Shown in pieces: positions 23,476 to 39,070 of a DNA stretch of 64,000 bases; the stretch's first letter is position 1; each line of letters opens with the position of its first letter. The notes beneath the pieces are model-generated. The model did not search any database. It saw only the letters and a list, made by a program, of their open reading frames with translations, and was not told where the DNA came from. The position numbers and the translations under genes are program-made. Origin of the DNA: an uncultured Gemmatimonadaceae bacterium (GTDB lineage Bacteria > Gemmatimonadota > Gemmatimonadetes > Gemmatimonadales > Gemmatimonadaceae); contig CAVVTZ010000009.1 in NCBI GenBank assembly GCA_963751275.1, forward strand, positions 608,001 through 672,000. The letters are read 5' to 3'.

Positions 23476-24208
23476 ATGCTCAACGGACACGTTCGTGAGT
23501 CGCTCACCCGCGATGATGCCCAGTTGGCGCTCCGTCTGATCGCGCGCGGGTCGGAAGAGGCGCTGGCCGCGGCGGAGCTGATGCTGCGCGACGGGGGGAT
23601 CGATGCGCTGCTCGATGACGAGCGGCTCGTGCCCGCAATGGTGGCATCGCGCGCGGGCATGCATGCGTCGCTCCCGCTCTTCTTCTGCGCGGTGGTGCGG
23701 CGCGCGCTCGTGCAGGCCGATGAGAACGACCGCGCGCTCGCGGATTACGTCGCCGACATCCTCATCCAGTTCGCGGCGCGCGGGCGCGCCGAGCGCATCG
23801 CGGAGCACGACGACCAGTCGTACGACACGCTGGTCGCGCTGCTCGCGGAAGTGAACAGCGCCGACGCGAGCCGCAGCTTCCTCGTGCGGCAGCATCTCGG
23901 GGAACTACGCGCTGTGGATGAGCGGGTTGTTCCCCGACCGGATCGAGACGCGGCGGTGGCGGCGCGGCGGCCCCGGCCTCGATTACTACGACGAACTCGG
24001 ACGCCGCGGCTTCGCGCTCGCGGCCGAGCACCGGCTCGCGAACGAGCACGGGCTGCGCCCCCTCATGGAGCATGCGGCGGAGCGATTCGTGGTGCTGCGG
24101 GTGGCGTTGAACCGGGTGAGCGACACGCTGTTCTTCCCGAACCGCAGTTCGCCGGAGCGGTTGATGCGCCAGGTGCGCGACGAGGCGCGCTGGCGCCAGG
24201 CGTCCTAG
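23476..24208 (+). CDS. Hypothetical protein (frameshift at the G run near 23900)
   Basis: GGAGG RBS; HLG-NYALWMSGLFPD..DYY continues in the second frame. Confidence 0.7.
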
Positions 24209-24924
24209 CGCGCCTTCCGCGGCAGCGCGCGCGACACGAACGCGCCGAAGAGTCCCGCCTCCCACTTGCCGTCGAGCTCCTCGGGGTGCCATTGCACGCC
24301 GACGGCCCACCAATCGTCGCCGCCCCACTCGAGACCCTCGACGATGCCGTCGGGAGCGCGCGCCGCAACGCGCAGCCGGTCGCCGATCCGGTCCGGCGCC
24401 TGGTGATGGAAGGAGTTCACCTGCAGCTCGGATGCGCCGAGCGCCTTCGCGAGACGCGTGCCGCTCTCGATGCGCACCGGGTGCACGCGCGCGGTCTCGC
24501 GGTGTCCCTCGTCGTGGGAGAGCGCACCGGGGCGCTGGCTCGGGATGTCCTGCACGAGCGTGCCGCCGAACGCGACGTTGAAGAGCTGGATGCCGCGGCA
24601 GATCGCGAGCACCGGTTTGCCACGGCCGCGCGCGGCCTCGAGCAGCGCGAGCTCGGTGGCGTCGCGCGCTGTGCTCACGCTCGTGACGGTGGCATGCCGT
24701 GTCGCGCCGTAGCGCCCGGGATCGACATCCTCGCCACCGGTGAGCACGAGTCCGTCGGCGGCATCGAGGATCCGGCCCGCCGCCTCGTTGTCCAGCAGCG
24801 GCGGTACGAGTACCGGGAGTCCGCCGGCGTGCTCGACGGCCCGCGCGTAGGCGACGCCAAGGTGCACGGCGGGCGAGTGCTCATCGCCGCGCAGGGGGGC
24901 TGTGATGGCGATGATCGGAGCCAT
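24205..24924 (-). CDS. Peptidase C26 / gamma-glutamyl-gamma-aminobutyrate hydrolase family
   Basis: LTGGEDVDP, AICRGIQ, VNSFHHQ, VQWHPE. Confidence 0.92.
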   Translation of the reverse strand: MAPIIAITAPLRGDEHSPAVHLGVAYARAVEHAGGLPVLVPPLLDNEAAGRILDAADGLVLTGGEDVDPGRYGATRHATVTSVSTARDATELALLEAARGRGKPVLAICRGIQLFNVAFGGTLVQDIPSQRPGALSHDEGHRETARVHPVRIESGTRLAKALGASELQVNSFHHQAPDRIGDRLRVAARAPDGIVEGLEWGGDDWWAVGVQWHPEELDGKWEAGLFGAFVSRALPRKAR

Positions 24925-24968
24925 ATTGTATGCTACATCATCGCACCGTCATTCCGCGAGGACCCTGG

Positions 24969-25133
24969 ATGCCGACGTATGAATTCCACTGCCGAAAGTG
25001 CGGCGAGCACTTCAGCCTGCGCGCCCACATCTCGGAGTACGACAGCAAGAAGACCGCGTGCCCGAAGTGCAAGAGCAAGGACGTGGAGCGCGTGATGAGC
25101 GGCTTCTACGCGCGCACCCCGCGCAAATCCTAG
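24969..25133 (+). CDS. FmdB-family zinc-ribbon protein
   Basis: MPTYEFHCRKC...CPKC. Confidence 0.85.
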   Translation: MPTYEFHCRKCGEHFSLRAHISEYDSKKTACPKCKSKDVERVMSGFYARTPRKS

Positions 25134-25137
25134 GCGC

Positions 25138-25632
25138 GTGAGCCGGGATCCGCAGTCGGGTTCGGCCGCGATGATGCGCGACGCGCTCGTGGCGGCCAAG
25201 GTCTCCGTGAGCCAGTCGCGCGAGGCGCGCGACCTCGCCGCGATGCAGCTCGCGCGCGAGCAGGCCGAACTGGAGACGGTGCGCCGCCGCGGGCAGCTCG
25301 CGGCGCAGATCAACGACGCGGAAACGGTGACCGTGGCCGCGCGCTTCGAGCAGAAGCACGCCGAGCGCATTGCGATGCTGGAGCGCAAGCTCGCGGCACT
25401 CGAGACCGAGGTCGGCCTCGGCGAGCGCGAACTCGAGGAGATGACGGCTCAGTTCAAGGTGATGCAGGACGGCGCGAAGAGGCCGCCGGCGCCGTCAGCG
25501 CCCGCGGCCCAAGCGGGGCTGGATGAGCGCGAGACGGAGCACAATGCGCTCAGGAGAGAGGCGGAGCGGTCGGCGCGGGAAGCTGACGCGGCGGCGCGAC
25601 TGGAGGAGATGAAGAGGAAGATGGGGCTATGA
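25138..25632 (+). CDS. Coiled-coil protein, PspA-like
   Basis: Coiled-coil character; C-terminal RLEEMKRKMG. Confidence 0.6.
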   Translation: MSRDPQSGSAAMMRDALVAAKVSVSQSREARDLAAMQLAREQAELETVRRRGQLAAQINDAETVTVAARFEQKHAERIAMLERKLAALETEVGLGERELEEMTAQFKVMQDGAKRPPAPSAPAAQAGLDERETEHNALRREAERSAREADAAARLEEMKRKMGL

Positions 25633-25650
25633 CCGCGAACGTCGGAGATC

Positions 25651-25728
25651 GACTGAAGACTGAAGACTGACGCCTGCAACGGCACGAGGAGGCCGTAGTT
25701 CGCAGGCGTCAGTCGTCAGTCGTCAGTC
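25651..25728. terminator. Heptamer-repeat hairpin between convergent genes (possible bidirectional terminator)
   Basis: GACTGAAGACTGAAGACTGACGCCTGC ... GCAGGCGTCAGTCGTCAGTCGTCAGTC. Confidence 0.65.
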
Positions 25729-25733
25729 TGCCA

Positions 25734-27332
25734 TTAGGCTTTTACCGACGCCGTCAGCCTGTTCAGCAGCGGCACACACAGCAGCATCGCCCCCGCCGCG
25801 CCGAAGCCGATCACCACGAAGATCATCCAGAAGCCGGCGTTCGTGGCGCTGAGGTGCTGGATGTAGCCGCCGAATCCGGTCTCGATCGCGGCGGGCGCTT
25901 CGCCCGGCGATGGCGTGAAACCCGCGAACCAGCCGGCGACCTTGTTGGCGGCGGCGTTGGCGAGGAACCAGACGCCCATGAGCAGTGACGCGAAGCGCAC
26001 GGGCGCGACCTTCGTCACGTAGGACAGGCCTACGGGCGAGAGGCAGAGTTCGCCCCAGGTGTGGAGGATGTACGCGGCGGTGAGCCAGAGCGGGCTCACG
26101 AGGATGCCGGTGTCGGCGCGGCGGCCGCCGGCCACCATGAACAGGAATCCGCAGCCGAGGAGGAAGAGGCCGATCACCATTTTGAGCGGCGTCGAAGGTT
26201 CCTTGCCGCGCCTCGACAGCGACACCCAGAGCCAGGCGAAGACCGGCGCGAAGATCACGATCGACGCGGCGTTCACGTTCTGCATCCACGCCGGCGCGAT
26301 GCGGAAAGAGCCGACCATCAGATCGGTGTTCCGCGCCGCGAAGAGGTTCATCGAGCTGCCCGCCTGTTCATAGCTCGCCCAGAACGCCGTGACGAAGAAC
26401 GCGACGATGAACAGCGCGAAGACGCGCTTCCGCTCTTCGCCGTGCGTGCCGAGCACGCTGATCGCGACGGACGCGCCGATGATCGTGCCAAAGGCGAGCG
26501 GAACGAGATCGTCGAGCTGGATCGGGAGCGAGATGCCGCCCAGGAACCAGGCGAGCGCGCCGCCCGCGACCGCGCCGCCCACGCCATGCACGAGCGTCGA
26601 GGCGTCGGCGCTCTTCGCGGCGTCGGCCGCCGCCGACGCGGCGCTGCCGAGCGCCGCCTTCGCGCGCATCGCGGCCGTGCCGAGTCCGATGCCGGGCAGA
26701 TAGGTGTCGCGTCCCCACAGGTACACGATGAGGCCCGCGACCATGCCGACGCCGGCGGCGGCGAAGCCAATGTGCCAGCCGCCTTCGCCCCAACGCACCG
26801 GGTCGCCGAAATAGCCGCACACGGTCTGGCCCAGCACCGCGCCGACGTTGATGCCGATGTAGAAGAGCGTGAACCCGGCGTCGCGCCGCTCGTCGCCGGG
26901 TTTGTAGATCTGGCCGACCATCGTGGACACATTCGGCTTGAAGAAGCCGGTGCCAATGATCACCAACCCCAGACCGAGATAGAACATCTTCATGCTGGAG
27001 AAGGCGAGACAGAAGTGGCCGGCGGCGATGATGAGGCCGCCGATCACCAGCGACCGCCGCGTGCCGATCCAGCGGTCGGCGAGATACCCGCCAATGAGCG
27101 GCGTGAGGTAGACCAGCGCCGTGTAGTTGCCGTAGAGTGTCGCCGCGTCCTTCGTGCTCCAATGCAGCGATTCTGTGAGGAACAGGATGAGGATCGCGCG
27201 CATCCCGTAGTACGAGAAGCGCTCCCACATCTCGGTGGTGGAGAGCAGGGCGAGTCCGCGCGGGTGGCCGAAGAGCGCGGTGTCGTCGAGCGCCGAGGGC
27301 GTTTGGGGGGCGGGTGCGGCGGGAGCGGTCAC
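25734..27332 (-). CDS. POT/PTR proton-dependent oligopeptide transporter
   Basis: GHPRGL, EMWERFSYYGM, FKPN, FY..IN.G, GELCLSP. Confidence 0.95.
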   Translation of the reverse strand: MTAPAAPAPQTPSALDDTALFGHPRGLALLSTTEMWERFSYYGMRAILILFLTESLHWSTKDAATLYGNYTALVYLTPLIGGYLADRWIGTRRSLVIGGLIIAAGHFCLAFSSMKMFYLGLGLVIIGTGFFKPNVSTMVGQIYKPGDERRDAGFTLFYIGINVGAVLGQTVCGYFGDPVRWGEGGWHIGFAAAGVGMVAGLIVYLWGRDTYLPGIGLGTAAMRAKAALGSAASAAADAAKSADASTLVHGVGGAVAGGALAWFLGGISLPIQLDDLVPLAFGTIIGASVAISVLGTHGEERKRVFALFIVAFFVTAFWASYEQAGSSMNLFAARNTDLMVGSFRIAPAWMQNVNAASIVIFAPVFAWLWVSLSRRGKEPSTPLKMVIGLFLLGCGFLFMVAGGRRADTGILVSPLWLTAAYILHTWGELCLSPVGLSYVTKVAPVRFASLLMGVWFLANAAANKVAGWFAGFTPSPGEAPAAIETGFGGYIQHLSATNAGFWMIFVVIGFGAAGAMLLCVPLLNRLTASVKA

Positions 27333-27408
27333 GAGTGCCTCATGGGTGATAAGGACTTGCGCGGTCGCGGGAGAAGATAGCGCGTACCCCGCAACGTGCC
27401 AGACGCTT

Positions 27409-28400
27409 CTACGCGCCGGCGCGCGCGACCTTGTGGCAGGCGACCCAGTGGCCGGGCGCTTTCTCCTCGAGCGCGGGCACTGTTGATGTGCAGACCGCGT
27501 CCTTCGCGGGATGCGGGCAGCGCGGATGGAACGCGCACCCCGCCGGCGGCTTCGCGGGCGAAGGGACGTCGCCGGTGAGGACGGCGCGGCGGCGTTCCGC
27601 GCCCGGGTCGGGGATCGGCACCGCGGACAGCAGGGCGCGCGTGTACGGCATCTTCGGCTCGTGGTAGAGATCGTCCACCGAGGCGAGTTCCACGATCCTG
27701 CCGAGGTACATCACCGCGACGCGATCGGCGATGTGCTCCACCACCGAGAGATCGTGCGCGATGAAGAGGTACGCGAGCCCGCGGCGCCGCTGCAGATCGC
27801 TGAGGAGATTGATCACCTGCGCCTGCACGGACACGTCGAGCGCGGACACGGGCTCGTCGCACACGATGAAGCGCGGCTCCACGGCGAGCGCGCGCGCGAT
27901 GCCGAGGCGCTGGCGCTGGCCGCCGGAGAATTCGTGCGGATAGCGCGACGCGGCGCCGGCGCCGAGGCCGACCTCGTCGAGCAGGCGGTCCACGCGCGCG
28001 TCGGCGTCGGCGCCGCGCGCGAGGCCGTGGATGGTGATCCCCTCGCGCACGATCGCGCGCGCGGTCATGCGGGGATCGAGCGAGCCGTACGGATCCTGGA
28101 ACACCAGCTGCATCTCGCGACGGAGCCGGCGCAGCGGCTCGGCCTTGAGTGCGCGCACGTCGCGGCCGTCGAAGGTGATCGCGCCGGCGGTCGGCTCGAT
28201 GAGGCGCAGGATGCAGCGGCCGAGCGTGGTCTTGCCGCATCCCGATTCGCCGACGAGGCCGAGGGTCTCGCCGGGGGCGATGGAGAGCGAGACGCCGGCC
28301 ACGGCGTAGGTCTTGGTGCCGCGGCGGGACTCGTAGGTCTTCGTGAGGTCGGTCACGGCGAGCAACGGCGGGCTGTCGACTGTCGACTGTCGGCTGTCGC

Positions 28401-28404
<4 letters not shown>
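27409..28404 (-). CDS. Peptide ABC transporter ATP-binding protein (DppF/OppF)
   Basis: [24 protein letters not shown], oligo_HPY tail. Confidence 0.92.
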
Positions 28405-29368
<964 letters not shown>

Positions 29369-29372
<4 letters not shown>

Positions 29373-30322
29373 CGGCCCTCCGTCTGGCGCGGGTCGAAGG
29401 CGTCGCGCAGGCCGTCGCCGAAGACGTTGACGGCGAGACAGGTGATGACGATCGCGAGCCCGGGGAAGAGCGACAGCCACCAGTACGCGCTGAGGTTCTC
29501 GGCACCTTCCTGGATGATGTTGCCCCAGCTGGATGTGGGGGGGTGCACGCCGATACCCAGGAAACTGAGCGCGGCCTCGAGATAGACGACGTGTCCTATC
29601 GCGAGCGTGCCGGCGACGATCACCGTGGACGCGACGTTCGGCAGGAGATGCCGCCAGAGGATCTCGCGGTCGCGCGCGCCGAGCGCGCGCGCGGCCACGG
29701 CGAAGTCCTGTTCGCGCAGCGCCATCACCTGCGCGCGCACCAGGCGGCTCGTGCCGAACCACCCGGTGAGGCCGATCAGGAGGATGAGCGCCGGGAGTGG
29801 AACGGGTTGCGCGACCGCGACGACGGCGATCAGCAGCAGGATGCGCGGCACCGACATGGCGGCGTCCGTCAGGCGCATCATCACGCCATCGATCCGGCCG
29901 CCGTAGAAGCCGGCGATGGCGCCCCAGGCGGCGCCCACAACGACCGTCACGAGGGCGCCGAGCAGGGAGATGGCGAGCGTGATGCGCGCGCCGTACATCA
30001 TCCGCGTGAGCACGTCGCGGCTCGCGAAGTCGGTGCCGAACAGATACGTCGATGAAGGGGGGAGGTCCTTCAGTCGCACGATGTCCGGCTGGGCATCCGG
30101 CGCGTAGGAGGTGAGGAGCGGTGCGCACACCGCGAGGAGAATGAGGGCGATGAGCACGAAGAGCGCGAACATCGCGCCGCGGTCCGCGGCGAACCGCTCG
30201 AACGCCCGCCGCCAAGGACTCGCGCCCGGGCCGGTGCTGAGTGCGCTTCTGCCCGTGCGACTCACGGCGGCGACCGCGAGGGCCGCGGCGAGGAGGCAGG
30301 CGAGCCAAGCGAGCGCGTGCAT
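29369..30322 (-). CDS. Peptide ABC transporter permease (DppC/OppC)
   Basis: [27 protein letters not shown]. Confidence 0.92.
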
Positions 30323-30323
30323 G

Positions 30324-31295
30324 CTATGCCACGCGCACGCGCGGGTCGGCCACGGCGTAGAGTATGTCGGCAACGAGACTGCCGAGCACGACGAGCACGC
30401 TCGACGCGATCGTGATCGCCAACAGGAGCGGGTAGTCGCGCTCCCCGATGGCGCCGGCGGCCAAGGAGCCGATGCCGGGCCAGGAGAAGATCCGCTCGAT
30501 GATCACCGCGCCGCCGAGCAGCGTGGGCAGCCACAGACCAAGGAGCGTGATCACCGGCAGGAGCGCGTTCCGGAAGATGTGCCGCCGCAGGATCCGGCCC
30601 TCGTCGAGCCCCTTCGCGCGCGCGGTGCGCACGAAGTCCTGGTTCATCACGTCGAGCATCGCCGCGCGCTGGTAGCGCGAGATCCCCGCCGCGGCGACGA
30701 GCGCCAGTGTCCCTGCGGGAAGGATGAGATGCCACGCGCGATCGGCGAGTTTGCCCCAGAGATCGTACGACGCGTAATGCGCCGCGTCGGTCATCCCAAC
30801 GGTCGGCAGGACTCGCAGCCTGTAGGCGAAGAGGAACATCGCCATCAGCGCGAACCAGAAATCCGGCAGCGCATACAGCAGGAGCGCGACCCCGCCCACG
30901 CCGCGGTCCACCGCGCCGCCGGGCCGCCCCGCCTGGATCACGCCGGCGCCCACGCCGAGCGCGAACGTGAGCGCGATCGCGACGACCATCAGCACGAGCG
31001 TGTTCGGCACCGCTTCGAGGAGCACCGTCGTGACCCGCTGCGCATGCGGGATCGACCATCCGAGATCGCCGCGCGCGACGGAGCCAATCCAGCAGACGTA
31101 ACGCGCCGCGATCGGCCGCCCGAGGCAATATTCGTTCCGGAGCTGCTCGCGGACCGCCTCCGGGACGCGCGTGTCGCCATACGCCGCGTCCACCGCGTCG
31201 CCTGGGGCGAGCGCGACGAGGACGAAGGTGAACGTCGCGACGAGCCACACGATCACCACGCCCTGGAGCGCGCGGCGCGCGAGCAGCTTGGCCAT
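30324..31295 (-). CDS. Peptide ABC transporter permease (DppB/OppB)
   Basis: GDLGWS, TARAKGL, IFSWPGIG, DPR. Confidence 0.92.
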   Translation of the reverse strand: MAKLLARRALQGVVIVWLVATFTFVLVALAPGDAVDAAYGDTRVPEAVREQLRNEYCLGRPIAARYVCWIGSVARGDLGWSIPHAQRVTTVLLEAVPNTLVLMVVAIALTFALGVGAGVIQAGRPGGAVDRGVGGVALLLYALPDFWFALMAMFLFAYRLRVLPTVGMTDAAHYASYDLWGKLADRAWHLILPAGTLALVAAAGISRYQRAAMLDVMNQDFVRTARAKGLDEGRILRRHIFRNALLPVITLLGLWLPTLLGGAVIIERIFSWPGIGSLAAGAIGERDYPLLLAITIASSVLVVLGSLVADILYAVADPRVRVA

Positions 31296-31300
31296 CGCGG

Positions 31301-32936
31301 CTACTTCTTCCCCGCCGAGATCGTCCAGTCCTTGATATTCGTCCCCCAGGCGTCGGCGCGGAGTCCCGAGACGTGGACCGTCTTCGCGACGCCCGCTATG
31401 CCCCGCGGCTCGTACAACCAGATCGCGGGCGCGTCGCCGATGATCGTCACGTACGCCTTGCGGAAGTATGCCTTGGACTTCGTTGGATCCATTTGCTTGG
31501 ACGCCGAGTCGACATAGGCATCGAACGTCTTGCTCTGGTAGTAGCCGTCGTTCAACCCGGCGTTCCCCGCGGCGGCTCCGCCCCACGACTCGCGCACATT
31601 GCCGGGGCTCGGGTCGAGACCGGTGAGCACGATGGTCATGTCGAAGTCTCCGGCATGGTTGTGCGCGATGGCCGTGGGCGGATCGACGAGCTCGATGTCC
31701 ATCTTGGCGCCGATGTTCTTCATGTACTCCTGCATCAGCTCGGCCATGTGGCGGCGGGGCAGGCTGGAGCTCGGGACCGTCACCGAGAAGGCGAGCGGGC
31801 GGCCGTTCCGCTCGCGCACGCCGGTGGCCTTGTTCTCCTTCCAGCCCTGCGCATCGAGGATCCGTTTCGCGCTGTCGGTCGAGAACGGCAGGAGTTGGAT
31901 CGTCGGATCGTAGGTCGGATAGGAGGACGCGAGCGGGCCCTTGCCGACCGTCGCGAAGCTGTCGAAGACGCTCTGCACGATCGCCGCGCGGTCCACCGCC
32001 ATGCTCAGCGCGCGCCGCGTCTCCCGGTTGCCGAAGATGGGGTGCGGTGCATTGCGGTCCTTCCGGTCGCGCTCGTTGAAGAGCGCGAATCCCGTCTGCA
32101 GTGTGGGATAGAGCTGGACGCCGAGACCCGGATGCTTGGCGAGCTCCGGCATGTCCGAGGGCCGGAAGTACTCGACGAAGTTCGCGTCGCCCGTGAAGAA
32201 GCGCATCAGCATCGCATTCGGATCGGGGGCGACGCTCCAGATCACGTGGTCGATGTGCGGGCGTCCGAGGTGGTAGTCCGGATTCGCATCGAGCACGATC
32301 GCCTGGCGCGCATCCCAGCGCGCGAACTTGAACGGACCGCTGCCGACGGGGTTCCGCAGGAACGGCGCCTGCTTGAGATCACCACGCGGAACGGAGGCGA
32401 GCACGTGCTGGGGGATGATCCGCATCTGCCACGCGGCGTCGAGGAACTGCTCGGGCGTCCGGCGTGAGAACCAGAAGACCGCCGTCAGCGAGTCACGCAC
32501 GGTGACCGAGTCGATGCTCTGGATGAGCGGACGCACCACCGATCCGGTCGCGCTATCGGCGTCCACCTGCCAGGTGAAACGAACGTCGTTGGCGGTCACG
32601 GGGACGCCGTCGTGCCAGCGCGCCTTGGGATCGATGTGGAAGGCGATCGAGAGGGAATCGGGTGCCCAGGTCCAGCCGGTGGCGAGGACCGGCGTGAAGC
32701 CCACGTCGCCGACGGTATTGAGCCCCATCCCCACCTCGGCGAGCTTCTCGAAGAGCTGCGCTTCGACCTGGCTCGACACGCCGTTGACCGTGACGGGCGG
32801 GAGGAACCCGTCGGCATCGCTGCCCGACGAGAATGACGAGGGTGCCGCCGTTGGCGCCGGCGGCGCCGCGCGAGCCGGCATCGCCGCACGCGGCGGTGAG
32901 GGCGAGCAGACAGAGGGCGAACGATCGGATCTTCAT
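31301..32936 (-). CDS. Peptide ABC transporter substrate-binding lipoprotein (frameshift near 32825)
   Basis: Lipobox LTAAC, WHDG.PVTA.DV, PVGSGPF. Confidence 0.88.
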
Positions 32937-32973
32937 GTGCTCCCGCGCGAAGTAGGTTGCCGCCGCGGCGCCC

Positions 32974-33799
32974 TCAGCGGCGCCAGGTCCACGCGTCGCT
33001 CTCGTAGTGACCGGTGAGCATCCGCGCAGCCGCCATCAGATCATCGTCCAGCTCGAGCGACCCCGCCGCCGCATCTTCGACGGCGCCTACGGCGCTGCCG
33101 AGCGCCGCAGCGAATTCCGCGGCCGATGGAGCCCGGGCCATCAGCGCCCGCAGCGTGGCGGGCGCCGGTGGCGGTGGAACGGGAGACCGGAGCAGCGCAC
33201 TCGCGAGCGTCTGGTCATCGTCCACCAGGATCGAGCCGTGCTGCAGGAGCGCTTCGCGGTCGCGCCACTGCGCGCTGCCCACGAGCTTGCGTCCGCCGGC
33301 GACGATCTCGCCGGCGACCGGCTCCTCGAAACACGGCGCGACGCCGGGATGCGGCGCAACGCCGGAGGGCTGCGCCAGCCCGGCATGGACGCCGAGCCGC
33401 CGCAGCGCCTCGAGTAATAGACGATTGATGCGGCGGTACGATTCCGGCAGCGAGCCGAGTGCGCCCACGGGCGCGGCGACGGAGTAGGTGATCTCGCGGT
33501 AGTGCAGCACGGCGCGGCCGCCGGTGGGGCGGCGCACGAATCCCACCTCGCGCGCGCGGGCGGCGTCCAGATCGTACAGGCCGCGCGCGGTCTGGTGGCG
33601 TCCGAGGGAGAGCGTGGGGCTCGCCCACTCGTAGACGCGGAGGAGGATCGCGCCGGTGTCGCGCGCGCGAGTCATGAGCGCCTCGTCGAGCGCCATGTTG
33701 AAGGGGCCACTCGCGGGCGGAGAGACGAGCAGGCGCCACGCGGGGGAGGGCGGTGCCGCGCGCCTCGTTCGGCGTGTCTCGATCGGAAGCGGAGCTCAC
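32974..33799 (-). CDS. Lipoate-protein ligase A / octanoyltransferase family (start uncertain, 5' frameshift)
   Basis: NMALDEAL, RRPTGGRAVLH, KLVGSAQ, LQHGS. Confidence 0.85.
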
Positions 33800-33834
33800 G
33801 ACGCGAACGATATCCGTCGCCAGCGACTGCGTGA

Positions 33835-34008
33835 TAGGGCCTAGTACCGCTGAAACAGCGCGTCTAGGAGGCAGCGTCTGGTAGTGCTCGGCGTGAGTAG
33901 GGCGACCAACTCGGCCCACTCCCGGCGATCGCGTTCGTGGTACAACTCACGCCATGCCCTACCACACGCTGCCTCCTAGACGCGCCACTCAAGCGGTACT
34001 AGGGCCTA
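33835..34008. repeat. Dispersed palindromic element (REP/MITE-like), copy A
   Basis: About 60-bp inverted arms TAGGGCCTAGTACCGCT...GCGCGTCTAGGAGGCAGCGT; homologous to 42908-43085 and 47981-48133. Confidence 0.88.
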
Positions 34009-34094
34009 GGACGCCGTTATGCGGTCTCAATGGAATTTCGGCCTCCGCTGTATCATCTTTACCGTCTGCCGCGTTCAGCCCTCACCGAGGTCTC

Positions 34095-36976
<2,882 letters not shown>

Positions 36977-36999
<23 letters not shown>

Positions 37000-37117
37000 C
37001 GTCTAGCGTGTGGTACGACTCGTCGGAACCGCAGGGGCGCGTGTGGCGTCTAGCGTGTGGTACGACTCGTCGGAACCGCAGGGGCGCGTGTGGCGTCCAG
37101 CGTGTGGTACTACTCGC
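36977..37117. repeat. Three tandem copies of a 47-bp unit spanning the gcvP stop codon
   Basis: CGGAACCGCAGGGGCGCGT... starts at 36977, 37024 and 37071; shares motifs with the dispersed palindromic element. Confidence 0.85.
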
Positions 37118-37158
37118 TGAGGGAGTAGTACTGCCGTCCGCCGTCTACACGCTGGCAG

Positions 37159-37548
37159 TCATTCGCCGACGTGCTTGGTGTATTCCTCGGGCCCCAACAA
37201 TTGATCGCGGTCTGACGCCTTCGCGACGCGGAGTTTGATCATCCAGCCGTCGCCGTAGGGGTCCGTGTTCACGAGCGCCGGCTCCTTGTCGAGGCGCTCG
37301 TTCACGGCGACCACCTTGCCGTTGAGCGGGGAGAAGAGCTCGGACACCGCCTTCACCGCTTCGATCGTGCCGAAGACATCCATGCGGCCGAAATCATCGC
37401 CGACCTTGGGGAGCTCGACGTACACGACGTCGCCGAGCTGGTCCTGCGCGTAGTCGGTGATCCCGATCTGCACGACGTCCGCGTCGGCGGTGCTTTTCAC
37501 GTACTCGTGCTCTTCGGTGTACAACAGATCGGCGGGGATCTTCGACAC
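37159..37548 (-). CDS. gcvH: Glycine cleavage system H protein
   Basis: YTEEHEY, GITDYAQDQLGDVVYVELP, EAVKA lipoyl-Lys, DPYGDGW. Confidence 0.95.
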   Translation of the reverse strand: MSKIPADLLYTEEHEYVKSTADADVVQIGITDYAQDQLGDVVYVELPKVGDDFGRMDVFGTIEAVKAVSELFSPLNGKVVAVNERLDKEPALVNTDPYGDGWMIKLRVAKASDRDQLLGPEEYTKHVGE

Positions 37549-37625
37549 GACGGGCTCCGCGATTGGAATGTGAACGTGGCGCAAAGTCTAGAGTGCGGTT
37601 CGGGCAAAATCAAGGAAACAACCAG

Positions 37626-37795
37626 CGGCGTGAGACGCGACCCAAACGCCGTGAGACGCGACCCGAACACCGTGAGGCGTGAGGCGTGCGACGGACGGAC
37701 TCACGCCTCACGGCGTTCGGGGTGCGCCTCACGCCGTCCAGTCCGTTCGTCGCACGCCTCACGCCTCACGGCGTTCGGGGTGCGCCTCACGCCGT
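37626..37795. repeat. Complex direct/inverted repeat built on GGCGTGA/TCACGCC heptamers
   Basis: 37-bp direct repeat at 37701 and 37759; left arm 37626-37700 is complementary to the right arm. Confidence 0.8.
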
Positions 37796-38404
37796 ATCCC
37801 GCGCACCGGTTCGTGCTTCGAGCGCAGCCCACACCTCATCCACGCTTCGCGACAAGGATCGCTGATCCGAGTCGTTCTCGATGATGTAATCCGCCTGCGC
37901 CCGTTTCAGCTCGGCGGGCATCTGCGCGGCGATCATGTGCATCGCGTCGTCGTGCGGCATCCCGCGCCGCGTCGTGAGGCGCTCGAGGCGCACTTCCTTC
38001 GGCGCGTCGACGAGCACGATCACGTCGTAGTCCGACTGAAGCTTCTTCTCGAAGAGCAGCGGAATGTCGCAGATCACGATCCGGTCGCCGCGCTTGTTCG
38101 CGGCGGCCAACTCGTGATCGCGGAGCTTCGCGACCGCCGGATGCACGATCGCGTTCAGTGCCTCGAGCTCCGCGGGCTCCGCGAACACCACATGCCTGAG
38201 TGCCGCGCGATCGAGCGTGCCGTCGGGAAGGAGCATCTTCTTTCCCCAGCGCGCGACGATCGCGCGGTGCGCCGGCGTGCCCGGTTCGACCGCGATGCGC
38301 GCGAGCACGTCCGCATCGATGATCGTCGCGCCGCGCGCCGCGAGTAGCTGCGCGACGCTCGACTTGCCGCTCGCCGCGTTTCCCGTGAGGCCGACGACGA
38401 GCAT
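37787..38404 (-). CDS. coaE: Dephospho-CoA kinase
   Basis: VGLTGNAASGKS, DAD, LDR..L, HP, DIPLLFE, ADYIIEN. Confidence 0.93.
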   Translation of the reverse strand: MLVVGLTGNAASGKSSVAQLLAARGATIIDADVLARIAVEPGTPAHRAIVARWGKKMLLPDGTLDRAALRHVVFAEPAELEALNAIVHPAVAKLRDHELAAANKRGDRIVICDIPLLFEKKLQSDYDVIVLVDAPKEVRLERLTTRRGMPHDDAMHMIAAQMPAELKRAQADYIIENDSDQRSLSRSVDEVWAALEARTGARDTA

Positions 38405-38450
38405 GCGCGCTAGTGCCGGTGCCGGCCGGCGAGGAGCCATCGCGCACGCG

Positions 38451-39070
38451 TCATAGCAACGGGACCTGGTCTTCGTCGCGCCGCGGCACGTCGTGGCAGT
38501 GCCGGCAGCGCGCCTCGTAACTCTCCTGGCCGCCGACCATGATGATCGGCGAATCGTAGCGCGCGGGCTTGCCGTCGATCAGCCGCTGGTTGCGGCTCGC
38601 GGGGCCGCCGCACACCACGCAGATCGCGTGCAGCTTGTCCACGACCTCGGCCACGGCCATCAGCTGCGGCATCGCGCCGAAGGGCTCGCCGCGGAAGTCG
38701 GTGTCGGTGCCGGCGAGGATCACGCGGATCCCGCGCTCAGCGAGTGACGTCGCGAGCTCCACGACGCCGGCGTCGAGAAACTGCGCCTCGTCGATCGCGA
38801 CCACGTCGGCGTTCCCGTTGCAGCTGCTGCGCGATCTGCAGCGAGGAGTCGACGGGCACCGCTTCCACCGAGCGGCCGTCGTGGCTCGAGATCGAGAAGA
38901 CGCCCGCGTAGCGGTCGTCGAGATGCGACTTGAAGACCTGCACGGTCTTCTTGCGCGATGATCGCGCGGCGCACGCGGCGGATGAGCTCCTCGCTCTTGC
39001 CGCTGAACATCACGCCGGAGATGACCTCGATCCAGCCGTTCCGCGCGCCGTGGAAGACGGGATCGATCAC
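38451..39070 (-). CDS. tdk: Thymidine kinase, frameshifted
   Basis: [37 protein letters not shown]. Confidence 0.93.
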